DNA of 64,000 nucleotides from Lachnospiraceae bacterium (GTDB taxonomy: Bacteria > Bacillota > Clostridia > Lachnospirales > Lachnospiraceae), in assembly GCA_024684055.1 (NCBI GenBank), contig JAIKXN010000178.1:8741-72740 (forward strand). The letters are read 5' to 3'. Under the pieces are notes generated by a model. It searched no databases and was not told the DNA's origin. It was given only the letters and a program-made list of their open reading frames with translations. The position numbers were made by a program, and so were the translations under genes. Shown here piece after piece: positions 1 through 8,893 of this stretch (the first letter of the stretch is position 1; every line of letters starts with the position of its first letter).

Positions 1-469
1 TGACTATAACAAGTTTGTTTCCGTCAGAAGCAGTAAAAGCAAATCCGATACTGTCGGAATCCTTCGGATACTTATCCAGAGTTTCATATCCGCCGAATTC
101 ATATGCAATGTCTTCGGTACCGAGATACTCCGAAATCTTATCTACGGTATATACCTTCTGCGCCTCGCTTACGGGAACATCATCAGGTGTATTCTCCGCT
201 TTCTTTTCTTCCTGTTTTATCTTTTCTTCTTCCTCTATCTGCTTAAGCCTTTCGGCTTTCTGTTTTTCTTCTTCAAGGGCGATCGCCTTTTCCTCTTCGC
301 TTAAAAGCCTTGCCTGATAATTAACGTCATGCTCCAAAACGGCATCCGCCATATATCTGACAACCTTTATCTCCTCTTCTTCGGTCATTTCGGGGATGGC
401 ATTATAACAGCCCGCAAAGAGTCCGAGCGAAGCAAAACATATTAAGCTGTAAATGATTTTTCTTTTCAT
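1..469 (-). CDS. Predicted lipoprotein of unknown function (3' end runs off the window)
   Basis: Manual translation from ATG at 469: MKRKIIYSLICFASLGLFAG-C-YNAIPEMTEEEEIKVV. Basic N-terminus, hydrophobic core, lipobox LFAGC (Cys21), then a Glu/Lys-rich coiled coil. Not in the ORF track. Confidence 0.8.
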   Translation of the reverse strand, partial: MKRKIIYSLICFASLGLFAGCYNAIPEMTEEEEIKVVRYMADAVLEHDVNYQARLLSEEEKAIALEEEKQKAERLKQIEEEEKIKQEEKKAENTPDDVPVSEAQKVYTVDKISEYLGTEDIAYEFGGYETLDKYPKDSDSIGFAFTASDGNKLVIV

Positions 470-515
470 GTGTTTTTTCCATTCAAAGATTATTTATTAA
501 ATAATACCACTCTTT

Positions 516-1970
516 TTAATTTATCGGTAATTCAAAATAAAAATTTACACCGTTGTTTTTGTTCTCGCATCCGTAATCCATATTGTATGACGTCATAATG
601 GCCTTAACTATCGAAAGTCCGATTCCCGTTCCTCCGTAATCTCTGCTTCGCGCTTTGTCGGCTTTATAGAATTTATCCCAGATATGTTCCATATCTTCGT
701 CCTTAATATTTTCACCGGTATTGAATATATTGATCCTTACCGTATCCTCTTTTTTCTCTATAAATAATTTTATTATCTTTTCTTTTGAACAGTAATGAAT
801 AGCGTTTGAAAGATAATTCTGGATAACTTCTTCGGTCCTGAATTCATCAGACCATACATAGATGCTTTCATCCGCGTTTTCAAATTCAAGATTGATCTCA
901 TTCTGTTTAAGCAAAAGGTTGGATGAAGCGATCTTGTTATTCAGAAGTTCGACAATATCAAACCTTTCGATCTCAAGCTGATTGTTTCCGAATTCAAGTT
1001 CCGAAAGAGACATCAGTTCTTTAACAAGGCGGTTCATTCGGTTGGATTCATCGATGATAACGTCAAGATAATAATTTCTGCTTTCCTCATCATCCATAAT
1101 GCCTTCCTTAAGGCCTTCGGAATAGCTCTGAATAAGCGCAATGGGAGTCTTTAATTCATGAGAAACATTGGATACGAATTCCTTTCTCATGTCTTCCATC
1201 GCATCTCTTTTCTGAAGATCCTGTAAAAGAGCATTGTTTGCACATTTCAATTCGGAAATCGTCTGCTCGAGTTTTTCGGACATGTTGTTTATGTTGTATC
1301 CGAGAATATCAATCTCGTTTATTCCCTTGCAGTCATATTTCGTATCGAATTCAAGATTGGAAACTTTTGAAGAAATTTCGGTAAGTTTTAGAAGCGGCCT
1401 TGTAATCCTGTTGGTGATGATAATAACCGTAGTACAGCCCATAAACATGCCAATAAGACCGACAATTAAAAGAAACTTGTTTGCAATAAGAACTGAATCT
1501 TCGACTGCAACAAGCGCACATCTTATCATGAATTTTTCGTTGTTATAAAGAGTACCCCAGAGTTCAAGATATTTATTGCCCGAGTTCGAATCGTGAACCG
1601 TCTGGAAATGAGAGCCTCCCTCTTTCGAAGCAAGCTGATCAACAAGAAAATTGTTTGAAAGCTGATTGATAAGAGTTTTATCATCAGAGCTGACGGAAGC
1701 AAGCACATTGTTGCTGTTGTCAAGAACAACAACAGAAATGTCGTTTACTTCGCAAAGAATCATTAACGACTGTCTGAATTCAGGCGTCATAAGTTTTTTG
1801 TTCTTACTCGCCTCGTCAAGAAACCTGTATGCATCATTTATATTTCTTTTCTTGTTTAAAAGATAATAACTTTTAAGGAAAAAGAAATTCGCTGCCATAC
1901 AGAGCAAAACGGTTCCGGCAAGAATAAAAATAAATATTAAAGTTAGCTGTTTTTTAATCGAGTGTTTCAA
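516..1970 (-). CDS. Sensor histidine kinase (2 TM, HAMP, HisKA, HATPase_c)
   Basis: H-box NVSHELKTPI, N-box NYLSNAIHY, G2 GGTGIGLSIV, HAMP after the second TM; overlaps the upstream response regulator. Confidence 0.95.
   Translation of the reverse strand: MKHSIKKQLTLIFIFILAGTVLLCMAANFFFLKSYYLLNKKRNINDAYRFLDEASKNKKLMTPEFRQSLMILCEVNDISVVVLDNSNNVLASVSSDDKTLINQLSNNFLVDQLASKEGGSHFQTVHDSNSGNKYLELWGTLYNNEKFMIRCALVAVEDSVLIANKFLLIVGLIGMFMGCTTVIIITNRITRPLLKLTEISSKVSNLEFDTKYDCKGINEIDILGYNINNMSEKLEQTISELKCANNALLQDLQKRDAMEDMRKEFVSNVSHELKTPIALIQSYSEGLKEGIMDDEESRNYYLDVIIDESNRMNRLVKELMSLSELEFGNNQLEIERFDIVELLNNKIASSNLLLKQNEINLEFENADESIYVWSDEFRTEEVIQNYLSNAIHYCSKEKIIKLFIEKKEDTVRINIFNTGENIKDEDMEHIWDKFYKADKARSRDYGGTGIGLSIVKAIMTSYNMDYGCENKNNGVNFYFELPIN
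521..547 (-). promoter_or_regulatory. Candidate sigma28 promoter inside the last codons of the kinase, facing the lipoprotein gene
   Basis: Minus strand TAAA-N15-ACCGATAA; could be a by-product of coding constraints. Confidence 0.35.
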
Positions 1971-2634
1971 ATTTGTATCCTATTCCCCAGATAGTCTTAA
2001 TATATTTTCCTTTTTCACCCAGTTTGGATCTGATCTTCTTTACGTGAGTATCGATGGTTCTGTCTTCGCCGTAATAATCGTAATTCCATACATTGTTCAA
2101 AATATTGGTTCTCGGAAGAGCGATTCCTTCATTCTCAAGGAAATACGCAAGCAGTTCGAATTCCTTAAAAGAAAACTCAACCGGCTGCCCATCAACGGTC
2201 ACAACGTGTGTAAGCTTATTCATAACGATGCCATGTGTTTCAAGTATGTCGGAAGCTCCTACACCCTGTGTACGTCTTAATACAGCTTCAACTCTCGCAA
2301 CCAGGATTTTCGGAGAAAAAGGTTTTGAAATATATTCATCAACACCGAGTTTAAATCCGAGAAGTTCATCGGATTCATCCGTTCTTGCAGTAAGCATGAT
2401 AATGGGAACTTTAGAATCTTTTCTGATCTCCTTGCAGACTTCCCAGCCGTCAAGTTTGGGCATCATAACATCAAGAAGAATAAGGTCTATATCCTGATTA
2501 TCGTAAAAAACCCTTAACGCTTCCTCTCCGTCTCCGGCTTCAATAACGGTATATCCGTTTTTCGTAAGGAAATCGTTAATTATCTTACGCATTCTCATTT
2601 CATCATCAACTACAAGAATTTTGGAATTTTTCAT
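1954..2634 (-). CDS. OmpR/PhoB-family response regulator
   Basis: REC domain (LILLDVMMP, phospho-Asp) plus winged helix ending RTIDTHVKKIRSKLG...TIWGIGYKF. Confidence 0.97.
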   Translation of the reverse strand: MKNSKILVVDDEMRMRKIINDFLTKNGYTVIEAGDGEEALRVFYDNQDIDLILLDVMMPKLDGWEVCKEIRKDSKVPIIMLTARTDESDELLGFKLGVDEYISKPFSPKILVARVEAVLRRTQGVGASDILETHGIVMNKLTHVVTVDGQPVEFSFKEFELLAYFLENEGIALPRTNILNNVWNYDYYGEDRTIDTHVKKIRSKLGEKGKYIKTIWGIGYKFETLD

Positions 2635-2702
2635 ATAACCTCCGCATAAAATTTACGCAAAACACGATACGAAAAACATATAAAGAATCACTACATTAAT
2701 TG

Positions 2703-2734
2703 ATTTTACATGGGTATTATGAAAAAAATGTGAA
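2703..2734 (-). promoter_or_regulatory. Pho-box-like direct repeat plus -10 upstream of the response regulator
   Basis: Minus strand TTCACA-N5-TTCATA (11-bp period), 9 nt, then TAAAAT. Confidence 0.4.
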
Positions 2735-2751
2735 AAAACAAGGCAAAAAGA

Positions 2752-3330
2752 CTATTCCGAGGAAGAATTGTTTAATTCTCTCTCTTTTTTGATGATATCT
2801 TTTTCCCGCTGATTAAGTTCTTTTTCTTTGTCCTTTAATTCGGTTTCCCAGGCTGAATATTTGTCTATAACGGCATTTTCATAATTGATTATGTTGGGAT
2901 TTTTTGAAGTCGATGTTATGGCAAACAAAGCGATAATAATAACTACGAGAATTGCATTTATAAATAAAGACCACTTGAAAAAATTCTTAAAGCTGTCAGC
3001 TTCTTTTTTGTACTTTTTCAGATTATCCTTTCGCTCCGCTTCCGTAAGATTGTAATAGTTCTGAGTATTGACGGGAATGGGAACTATAACATCCTTGTAA
3101 GTATCGTCATCTTCAAGAAGCGTTTTTATGTGATGAAGATATTCAAGACCAACGGGAGTTTTAAAAGTATTTTTCTCGATACTTTTATTATAAACCTTAT
3201 AAAGAATATCCGGATTGGCATTAATCAGTTTTTCATTAAGTTTATCGATTTTTTCCTGTTCGACTTTGGCAGCTTTTGCTTCTTCAAGCGATGAAAAATG
3301 ATAATCGCCGACAATTAATTCCTTACTCAT
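2752..3330 (-). CDS. Hypothetical single-pass membrane protein with C-terminal coiled coil
   Basis: 192-aa ORF with an upstream GAGG RBS, one TM (WSLFINAILVVIIIALFAIT) and a charged C-terminal helix. Confidence 0.8.
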   Translation of the reverse strand: MSKELIVGDYHFSSLEEAKAAKVEQEKIDKLNEKLINANPDILYKVYNKSIEKNTFKTPVGLEYLHHIKTLLEDDDTYKDVIVPIPVNTQNYYNLTEAERKDNLKKYKKEADSFKNFFKWSLFINAILVVIIIALFAITSTSKNPNIINYENAVIDKYSAWETELKDKEKELNQREKDIIKKERELNNSSSE

Positions 3331-3494
3331 AATTTAACCTCTGAAAATATAAAATTACATTCAAATATATGTATTTTCAATAGTCCGAAATATTATAAAA
3401 CCGTTTTCTATCCGCTTTATTCTTCGGCATACCAAACAAGTTATTTAATCTTATACAACTCTTATTATTTTACAGTAACCCAAGAAAAATTAAA

Positions 3495-3520
3495 AGAGCA
3501 GGGTCCGAAAACCCTGCTCT
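3495..3520 (-). terminator. Rho-independent terminator of pckA
   Basis: Perfect 10-bp stem AGAGCAGGGT/ACCCTGCTCT followed by a T-rich tract on the minus strand. Confidence 0.85.
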
Positions 3521-3539
3521 GAAATCTCTTATGTAGAAA

Positions 3540-5147
3540 TTATAACTGAGGACCTGCAGAAACAAGTGCCTTACCTGCATCGTTTGTCTCGTATTTCTTG
3601 AAGTTCTTGATGAATCTTTCAGCAAGATCTTTAGCCTTCTCATCCCATTCGGAAGCGTTGGCATATGTATCACGAGGATCAAGGATTGCAGGATCAACTC
3701 CGGGAAGTTCTGTAGGAACTTCGAAATCGAATACGGGAATCTTCTTTGTAGGTGCTTTGTTAACGTCGCCGTTAAGGATAGCATCGATGATTCCACGAGT
3801 ATCTTTGATGGAGATTCTCTTTCCTGTTCCGTTCCATCCTGTATTTACGAGGTAAGCCTTAGCTCCGCTCTTCTGCATCTTCTTAACGAGTTCTTCACCG
3901 TACTTTGTAGGATGAAGTTCAAGAAATGCCTGTCCGAAGCAAGCAGAGAATGTAGGTGTAGGCTCTGTGATTCCACGCTCTGTACCTGCAAGCTTAGCTG
4001 TGAAACCTGATAAGAAGTAGTACTGTGTCTGCTCAGGTGTAAGGATAGATACGGGAGGAAGTACTCCGAATGCATCTGCTGAAAGGAAGATAACATTCTT
4101 TGCATCGGGACCTGCAGAAATACCGTTAACCTTCTTAACGATGTTTTCGATGTGTTCGATAGGATAAGAAACACGTGTATTTTCTGTTACGGACTTGTCA
4201 GCGAAATCGATCTTTCCGTCTGCAGCTACAGTTACGTTCTCAAGAAGAGCATTTCTCTTGATAGCGTTGTAGATGTCGGGCTCAGAATCCTTGTCAAGGT
4301 TGATAACCTTAGCATAGCATCCGCCTTCGAAGTTGAATACACCGTTGTCATCCCAGCCGTGCTCGTCATCACCGATGAGAAGTCTCTTGGGATCTGTGGA
4401 AAGTGTTGTCTTACCTGTTCCTGAAAGACCGAAGAAGATAGCTGTGTTCTTACCTTCCATATCTGTGTTAGCTGAGCAGTGCATTGAAGCGATGCCCTGA
4501 AGAGGTAAGTAGTAGTTCATCATGGAGAACATACCCTTCTTCATTTCTCCGCCGTACCATGTGTTAAGAATAACCTGCTCACGGCTTGTTGTATTGAAAG
4601 CAACACATGTCTCTGAATTGAGACCGAGTTCCTTATAGTTGTCAACTTTTGCAAGAGAAGCTGTGTATACTACGAAGTTAGGCTCGAAGTTAGCAAGTTC
4701 TTCTTCTGTAGGCTGGATAAACATATTCTTTACGAAATGAGCCTGCCAAGCAACTTCCATGATGAAACGAACAGCCATTCTTGTATCTTTGTTAGCGCCG
4801 CAGAAAGCATCCATAACGAAAAGTCTCTTTCCGTTAAGTTCCTTCTTTGCAAGATCCTTAACGATAGCCCATGTCTCTTCTGTCATAGGATGGTTATCGT
4901 TCTTGTATCCTTCTGTGGTCCACCAAACTGTATCTTTTGAATTAGCATCCATAACAATGTATTTATCTTTAGGTGAACGACCAGTGTAAATACCTGTCAT
5001 AACGTTAACTGTGCCGAGTTCTGTCTCTACACCTTTTTCGAAACCTGTAAGTTCGGGCTTCATTTCTTCTTCATATAAGAATTCATATGAAGGATTGTGG
5101 ATAATTTCGCTGGCATTAATACCATACTTGCTTAAATCGATTGCCAT
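3540..5147 (-). CDS. pckA: Phosphoenolpyruvate carboxykinase (ATP)
   Basis: TGRSPKDK, P-loop [26 protein letters not shown] motifs. Confidence 0.98.
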   Translation of the reverse strand: MAIDLSKYGINASEIIHNPSYEFLYEEEMKPELTGFEKGVETELGTVNVMTGIYTGRSPKDKYIVMDANSKDTVWWTTEGYKNDNHPMTEETWAIVKDLAKKELNGKRLFVMDAFCGANKDTRMAVRFIMEVAWQAHFVKNMFIQPTEEELANFEPNFVVYTASLAKVDNYKELGLNSETCVAFNTTSREQVILNTWYGGEMKKGMFSMMNYYLPLQGIASMHCSANTDMEGKNTAIFFGLSGTGKTTLSTDPKRLLIGDDEHGWDDNGVFNFEGGCYAKVINLDKDSEPDIYNAIKRNALLENVTVAADGKIDFADKSVTENTRVSYPIEHIENIVKKVNGISAGPDAKNVIFLSADAFGVLPPVSILTPEQTQYYFLSGFTAKLAGTERGITEPTPTFSACFGQAFLELHPTKYGEELVKKMQKSGAKAYLVNTGWNGTGKRISIKDTRGIIDAILNGDVNKAPTKKIPVFDFEVPTELPGVDPAILDPRDTYANASEWDEKAKDLAERFIKNFKKYETNDAGKALVSAGPQL

Positions 5148-5222
5148 AATTTATATCTCCTTATTTTTAATTTTTCGAATATCCTTAAAAGTATGTAAAA
5201 GGATTATTACGCACCGTAAATA

Positions 5223-5251
5223 AGTATAAAAATATTTGCTTTTAAAGTCAA
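5223..5251 (-). promoter_or_regulatory. sigmaA promoter of pckA
   Basis: TTGACT-N17-TATACT on the minus strand. Confidence 0.8.
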
Positions 5252-5266
5252 GAATATTTATTGTGT

Positions 5267-5284
5267 TTGTTAATTGTTTAACAA
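5267..5284. promoter_or_regulatory. Rex operator-like palindrome
   Basis: TTGTTAA-ttgt-TTAACAA, an exact match to the clostridial Rex consensus TTGTTAA-N4-TTAACAA. Confidence 0.7.
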
Positions 5285-5321
5285 AATTTTAACATGTATG
5301 AATTTTTATTGAACAGGGACC

Positions 5322-7061
5322 CTAAACAAGCGTCTTACATTTGTCCTGATAATCATCAAGCCATTTTACTTCCCTGCCGGTCATTTCATCTCTGAGAAGC
5401 AGTTTTTCATCAAGCGGAACATACGTTAAACATTCAAAACAAAAGAACTTCCCGTCAGCCGTTTCATACTTCTCTTTTACAAGCAAAATGTTCTCAATCC
5501 TGATGCCGTATCTGCCTTCTTTGTAAATACCGGGTTCATCTGAAACAAGCATCCCCGGTTTTAACACGGCATCTCTTCCATATGCGCCCTGTATCCATCT
5601 TATCGCCTGAGGACCTTCATGTACCGATAACATGTAACCGACACCGTGACCTGTTCCGCATTTGTAATCATCTCCCTCTTCCCACATCGGTTCTCTTGCA
5701 AGTATATCGAGATTGATCCCGGTACATCCTTCAATGAAAACCGCATTCATCAAAGCAAGCATGCCTCTGGCGACTCTGGTGTAATCATGTTTCATTTCAT
5801 AAGTCGGTATACCTATCGCAACCGTCCTTGTAATATCGGTCGTTCCGCCCTTCCACTGTCCGCCGGAATCCACAAGATAAAGACTGTTATCAAGTATTGC
5901 ACTGCAGTCATCTTTATATGATTCATAATGCATCATCGCAGCATTAGGACCCGATGCCGATATAGTATCGAACGACAGATCGTAACAATCTTCTTCGGAA
6001 AGTCTCATTTCATCGAGCTTGACCATAAGGTCATATTCCTTTAAAGATGTCACGTCATTATTCCCGATCCATTCAATAAAATCTTTAACAACTTTATTGT
6101 CTTTTCTGTAAGCTTCCCTGAGATTATTTATTTCAGTTTCGTTTTTGATCGATTTCATCATTGAAACCTTACAGTCCGAATTTATAAGATCATAGTTTTT
6201 CTCATTAAGAATATTCGCATATTTGACAGGCATTTTATCAAAAAGGAAACAAGCTTTTTTATTATCGGGAAGGCCTCTTAAAACGCTCTCAAATTCTTCG
6301 TAAAGGGCAACAGAAATACCCTGCTTTTTAAGTTCATTTTTAATCTCATCAAAAACATCATCGGATGTGTCTGAATTCTTAAAAAGAAACAAAAAAGCTT
6401 CATCTTTTGTGATCATCACGTAAGAAAGAGCAACGGGATTGTATCTGATTGCTTTTCCTCTTATGTTGCATATCCACATATTTGAATCAAGTACCGCACT
6501 TAAATAGAAATCCGCATCTGTGTCCGAAAGTGTCTTTTGAACTTTTAAAACTTTTGATTCGCAGGATTCTCCGGTTAAATCATCACTGAGAATTGAAACA
6601 GTGTCGTCAGCTTTTAAATCCGGATAATCTTTATTGAAATACTTTTTGTAAGCATTTAAAAAGACGTAATTTTTGTCATCGAGAGCATTGATTCCGTAAT
6701 TCAGGCACTCTTTGTACGAGAAAATATCGGAAGGGCAGGCAACTGTCTTTCCCTTGTCAGCAAATCCCCTGACATATTCGCGTATCGTGGGGTAACCCGG
6801 CGTACTTAATTTCATAAGCTTTATCGAACCGCCCGACAATTCTTTTTCGGCCTGAATAAAATATCTTCCGTCTGTAAAAAGGCAGGCTTCCTCAAGACCA
6901 ACAGCAAGAAGTCCGTTCGACCCCTTAAAGTTCGAAGCAACACTTCTGAATTTATAATAATCGTTTACATATTCGCTTAAATGAGGATCGCAGTCTTTTA
7001 AAAGAAAAAGATCGTATCCTTTTGTTTTCATCTCATCTCTTATACAGTCTATGAATTCCAT
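5322..7061 (-). CDS. Xaa-Pro aminopeptidase (M24B, aminopeptidase P family)
   Basis: Metal ligands in LVDSGG, TTDITRT, GHGVG..VHEGP, SDEPG, IRIEN; creatinase-like N-terminus FTDGRYFIQA. Confidence 0.95.
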   Translation of the reverse strand: MEFIDCIRDEMKTKGYDLFLLKDCDPHLSEYVNDYYKFRSVASNFKGSNGLLAVGLEEACLFTDGRYFIQAEKELSGGSIKLMKLSTPGYPTIREYVRGFADKGKTVACPSDIFSYKECLNYGINALDDKNYVFLNAYKKYFNKDYPDLKADDTVSILSDDLTGESCESKVLKVQKTLSDTDADFYLSAVLDSNMWICNIRGKAIRYNPVALSYVMITKDEAFLFLFKNSDTSDDVFDEIKNELKKQGISVALYEEFESVLRGLPDNKKACFLFDKMPVKYANILNEKNYDLINSDCKVSMMKSIKNETEINNLREAYRKDNKVVKDFIEWIGNNDVTSLKEYDLMVKLDEMRLSEEDCYDLSFDTISASGPNAAMMHYESYKDDCSAILDNSLYLVDSGGQWKGGTTDITRTVAIGIPTYEMKHDYTRVARGMLALMNAVFIEGCTGINLDILAREPMWEEGDDYKCGTGHGVGYMLSVHEGPQAIRWIQGAYGRDAVLKPGMLVSDEPGIYKEGRYGIRIENILLVKEKYETADGKFFCFECLTYVPLDEKLLLRDEMTGREVKWLDDYQDKCKTLV

Positions 7062-7120
7062 GTTAGTCTCCTGTTAGCAAATAAGTCATAACCTGCCTTT
7101 ACCTTTTTCAGATGTACGGC

Positions 7121-7220
7121 TATGCTTTTAAAAATGGTTTTGGTTATGCTGTTAAAAATGGTTTTGGTTATGCTGTTAAAATGGTTTTAGTTATGCTGTT
7201 AAAAATGTTTTCGTATGTTT
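7121..7220. repeat. Intergenic 22-24 bp tandem repeat, 4 copies plus a fragment
   Basis: Consensus TATGCTGTTAAAAATGGTTTTGGT; units start at 7121, 7145, 7169, 7192 (7214 partial). Confidence 0.95.
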
Positions 7221-7314
7221 AGCCGGCTTTTTCGTAACTTTATATATTTTAGAACATTTTTACCCAAAAAACACGTTCTTTATGTAAACTTTTTGTTAAC
7301 TTCAGCCAATCACT

Positions 7315-7343
7315 TTGATAAATCATGCTACTTATGATATAGT
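7315..7343 (+). promoter_or_regulatory. sigmaA promoter of citrate synthase
   Basis: TTGATA-N17-TATAGT with a TGn extension. Confidence 0.7.
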
Positions 7344-7473
7344 TAATATGCTGCGGAAAAATATTATGTTTACTGAAATCATATTTATCAACTGTAATTC
7401 TACAGTTTCTTTTCACAGAATCAGAATCGGATTTGTTCCAGCGCAAAACTAAATCAACGAAAGGGGGAACCTA

Positions 7474-8841
7474 ATGTCTAACAACAAACACAGCGAAATC
7501 ACACCCGAAATAATAAAGCTTGCCGAAAAATCTTATAATAACAGCATTATCGACAATGATTTATTTGTAAAATACGACGTTAAACGCGGTCTTCGCGACT
7601 TAAACGGACGCGGCGTTTTAACCGGGCTCACCCACATATCCGACGTAAGAGCAAATAAAATTGTAGACGGCGAACAGATTCCTTTACCCGGAGAACTGTT
7701 TTACCGCGGATACAATGTAAAAGATCTTGTAAACGGATTTACATCCGAAGACCGTTTCGGTTTTGAAGAAATCTCCTATCTTCTTTTATTCGGAGATCTT
7801 CCTTCAACCAAAGAACTAGAAAAGTTAAAACATATCCTTGCAGATTACAGAGAACTTCCCACAGGATTCGTTCGCGACATCATCATGAAAGCTCCGAGCA
7901 AGGACATGATGAACACGCTTGCAAGAAGCGTTCTGACTTTATATTCATATGACGATCGTGCAGACGACACTTCCATTCCCAATGTATTAAGACAGTGTCT
8001 GCAGTTGATCGCACTCTTCCCTGAATTCGCAATTTACGGATATCAGGCTTACAGTCATTATCACGACGGCAATTCGCTTTTCATTCACAGACCCGTAAGC
8101 GAACTTTCAACAGCGGAAAATATTCTGACTCTTTTAAGAGCAGACAGTAAATATACGGCACTTGAAGCCAAACTTTTAGACCTTGCACTTGTACTTCACA
8201 TGGAACACGGCGGCGGTAACAATTCAACATTTACCACCCATGTCGTATCTTCCACTCTTACCGATACGTATTCAGCTATCGCAGCTGCACTCGGTTCCTT
8301 AAAAGGCCCCCGTCACGGCGGCGCAAACATCAAGGTTGTACAGATGTTTGAAGAGATGAAAAGAGAAGTCAGAGACTGGAATGACGATGATGAAGTAAGC
8401 GTATATTTAAGAAAACTTCTTCACAAGGAAGCCTTCGATCATCAGGGTCTCATTTATGGTGTCGGTCATGCCATTTATTCGACAAGCGATCCCAGAGCCT
8501 GCATCTTCAAAAAATATGTTGAAATGCTCTCCAAGGAAAAAGGACTTGAAAACGAATTCGCTCTTTACTCAAAAGTCGAAGAACTCGCTCCAAAGATCAT
8601 CGCATCCGAAAGAAAGATGTATAAAGGTGTCTGCATAAACGTCGACTTCTATTCGGGCTTCGTTTATAACATGCTCTCACTCCCGAGCGAACTCTTTACT
8701 CCGATGTTTGCCATTGCAAGAATCGTCGGATGGTCTGCTCACAGACTCGAAGAGCTCTCAAATAACGGAAAGATCATACGTCCTGCCTATAAACCGATCA
8801 TGGAAGACTTAACATACATTCCCATGGAAAAAAGAGTGTAA
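7474..8841 (+). CDS. gltA: Citrate synthase (citrate/2-methylcitrate synthase family)
   Basis: LHMEHGGGNNST, GPRHGGAN, YGVGHAIY, NVDFYSG and RIVGWSAH motifs. Confidence 0.93.
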   Translation: MSNNKHSEITPEIIKLAEKSYNNSIIDNDLFVKYDVKRGLRDLNGRGVLTGLTHISDVRANKIVDGEQIPLPGELFYRGYNVKDLVNGFTSEDRFGFEEISYLLLFGDLPSTKELEKLKHILADYRELPTGFVRDIIMKAPSKDMMNTLARSVLTLYSYDDRADDTSIPNVLRQCLQLIALFPEFAIYGYQAYSHYHDGNSLFIHRPVSELSTAENILTLLRADSKYTALEAKLLDLALVLHMEHGGGNNSTFTTHVVSSTLTDTYSAIAAALGSLKGPRHGGANIKVVQMFEEMKREVRDWNDDDEVSVYLRKLLHKEAFDHQGLIYGVGHAIYSTSDPRACIFKKYVEMLSKEKGLENEFALYSKVEELAPKIIASERKMYKGVCINVDFYSGFVYNMLSLPSELFTPMFAIARIVGWSAHRLEELSNNGKIIRPAYKPIMEDLTYIPMEKRV

Positions 8842-8863
8842 CCCTGTAATTTATAAAAAATCA

Positions 8864-8889
8864 AATCCCTCTGCTTTCGCAGAGGGATT
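8864..8889. terminator. Bidirectional terminator between citrate synthase and the cyclase gene
   Basis: Perfect 11-bp stem AATCCCTCTGC/GCAGAGGGATT flanked by A and T tracts, between convergent genes. Confidence 0.85.
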
Positions 8890-8893
8890 ATTT

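Noticed and set aside
15-317. Plus-strand 100-aa ORF
   Set aside because: Antisense shadow of the Glu/Lys-rich lipoprotein gene; the Ser/Phe-rich composition is typical of such shadows.
7121-7220. 24-bp array as CRISPR or plasmid iterons
   Set aside because: No spacers, no cas or rep gene, and a purely housekeeping context.
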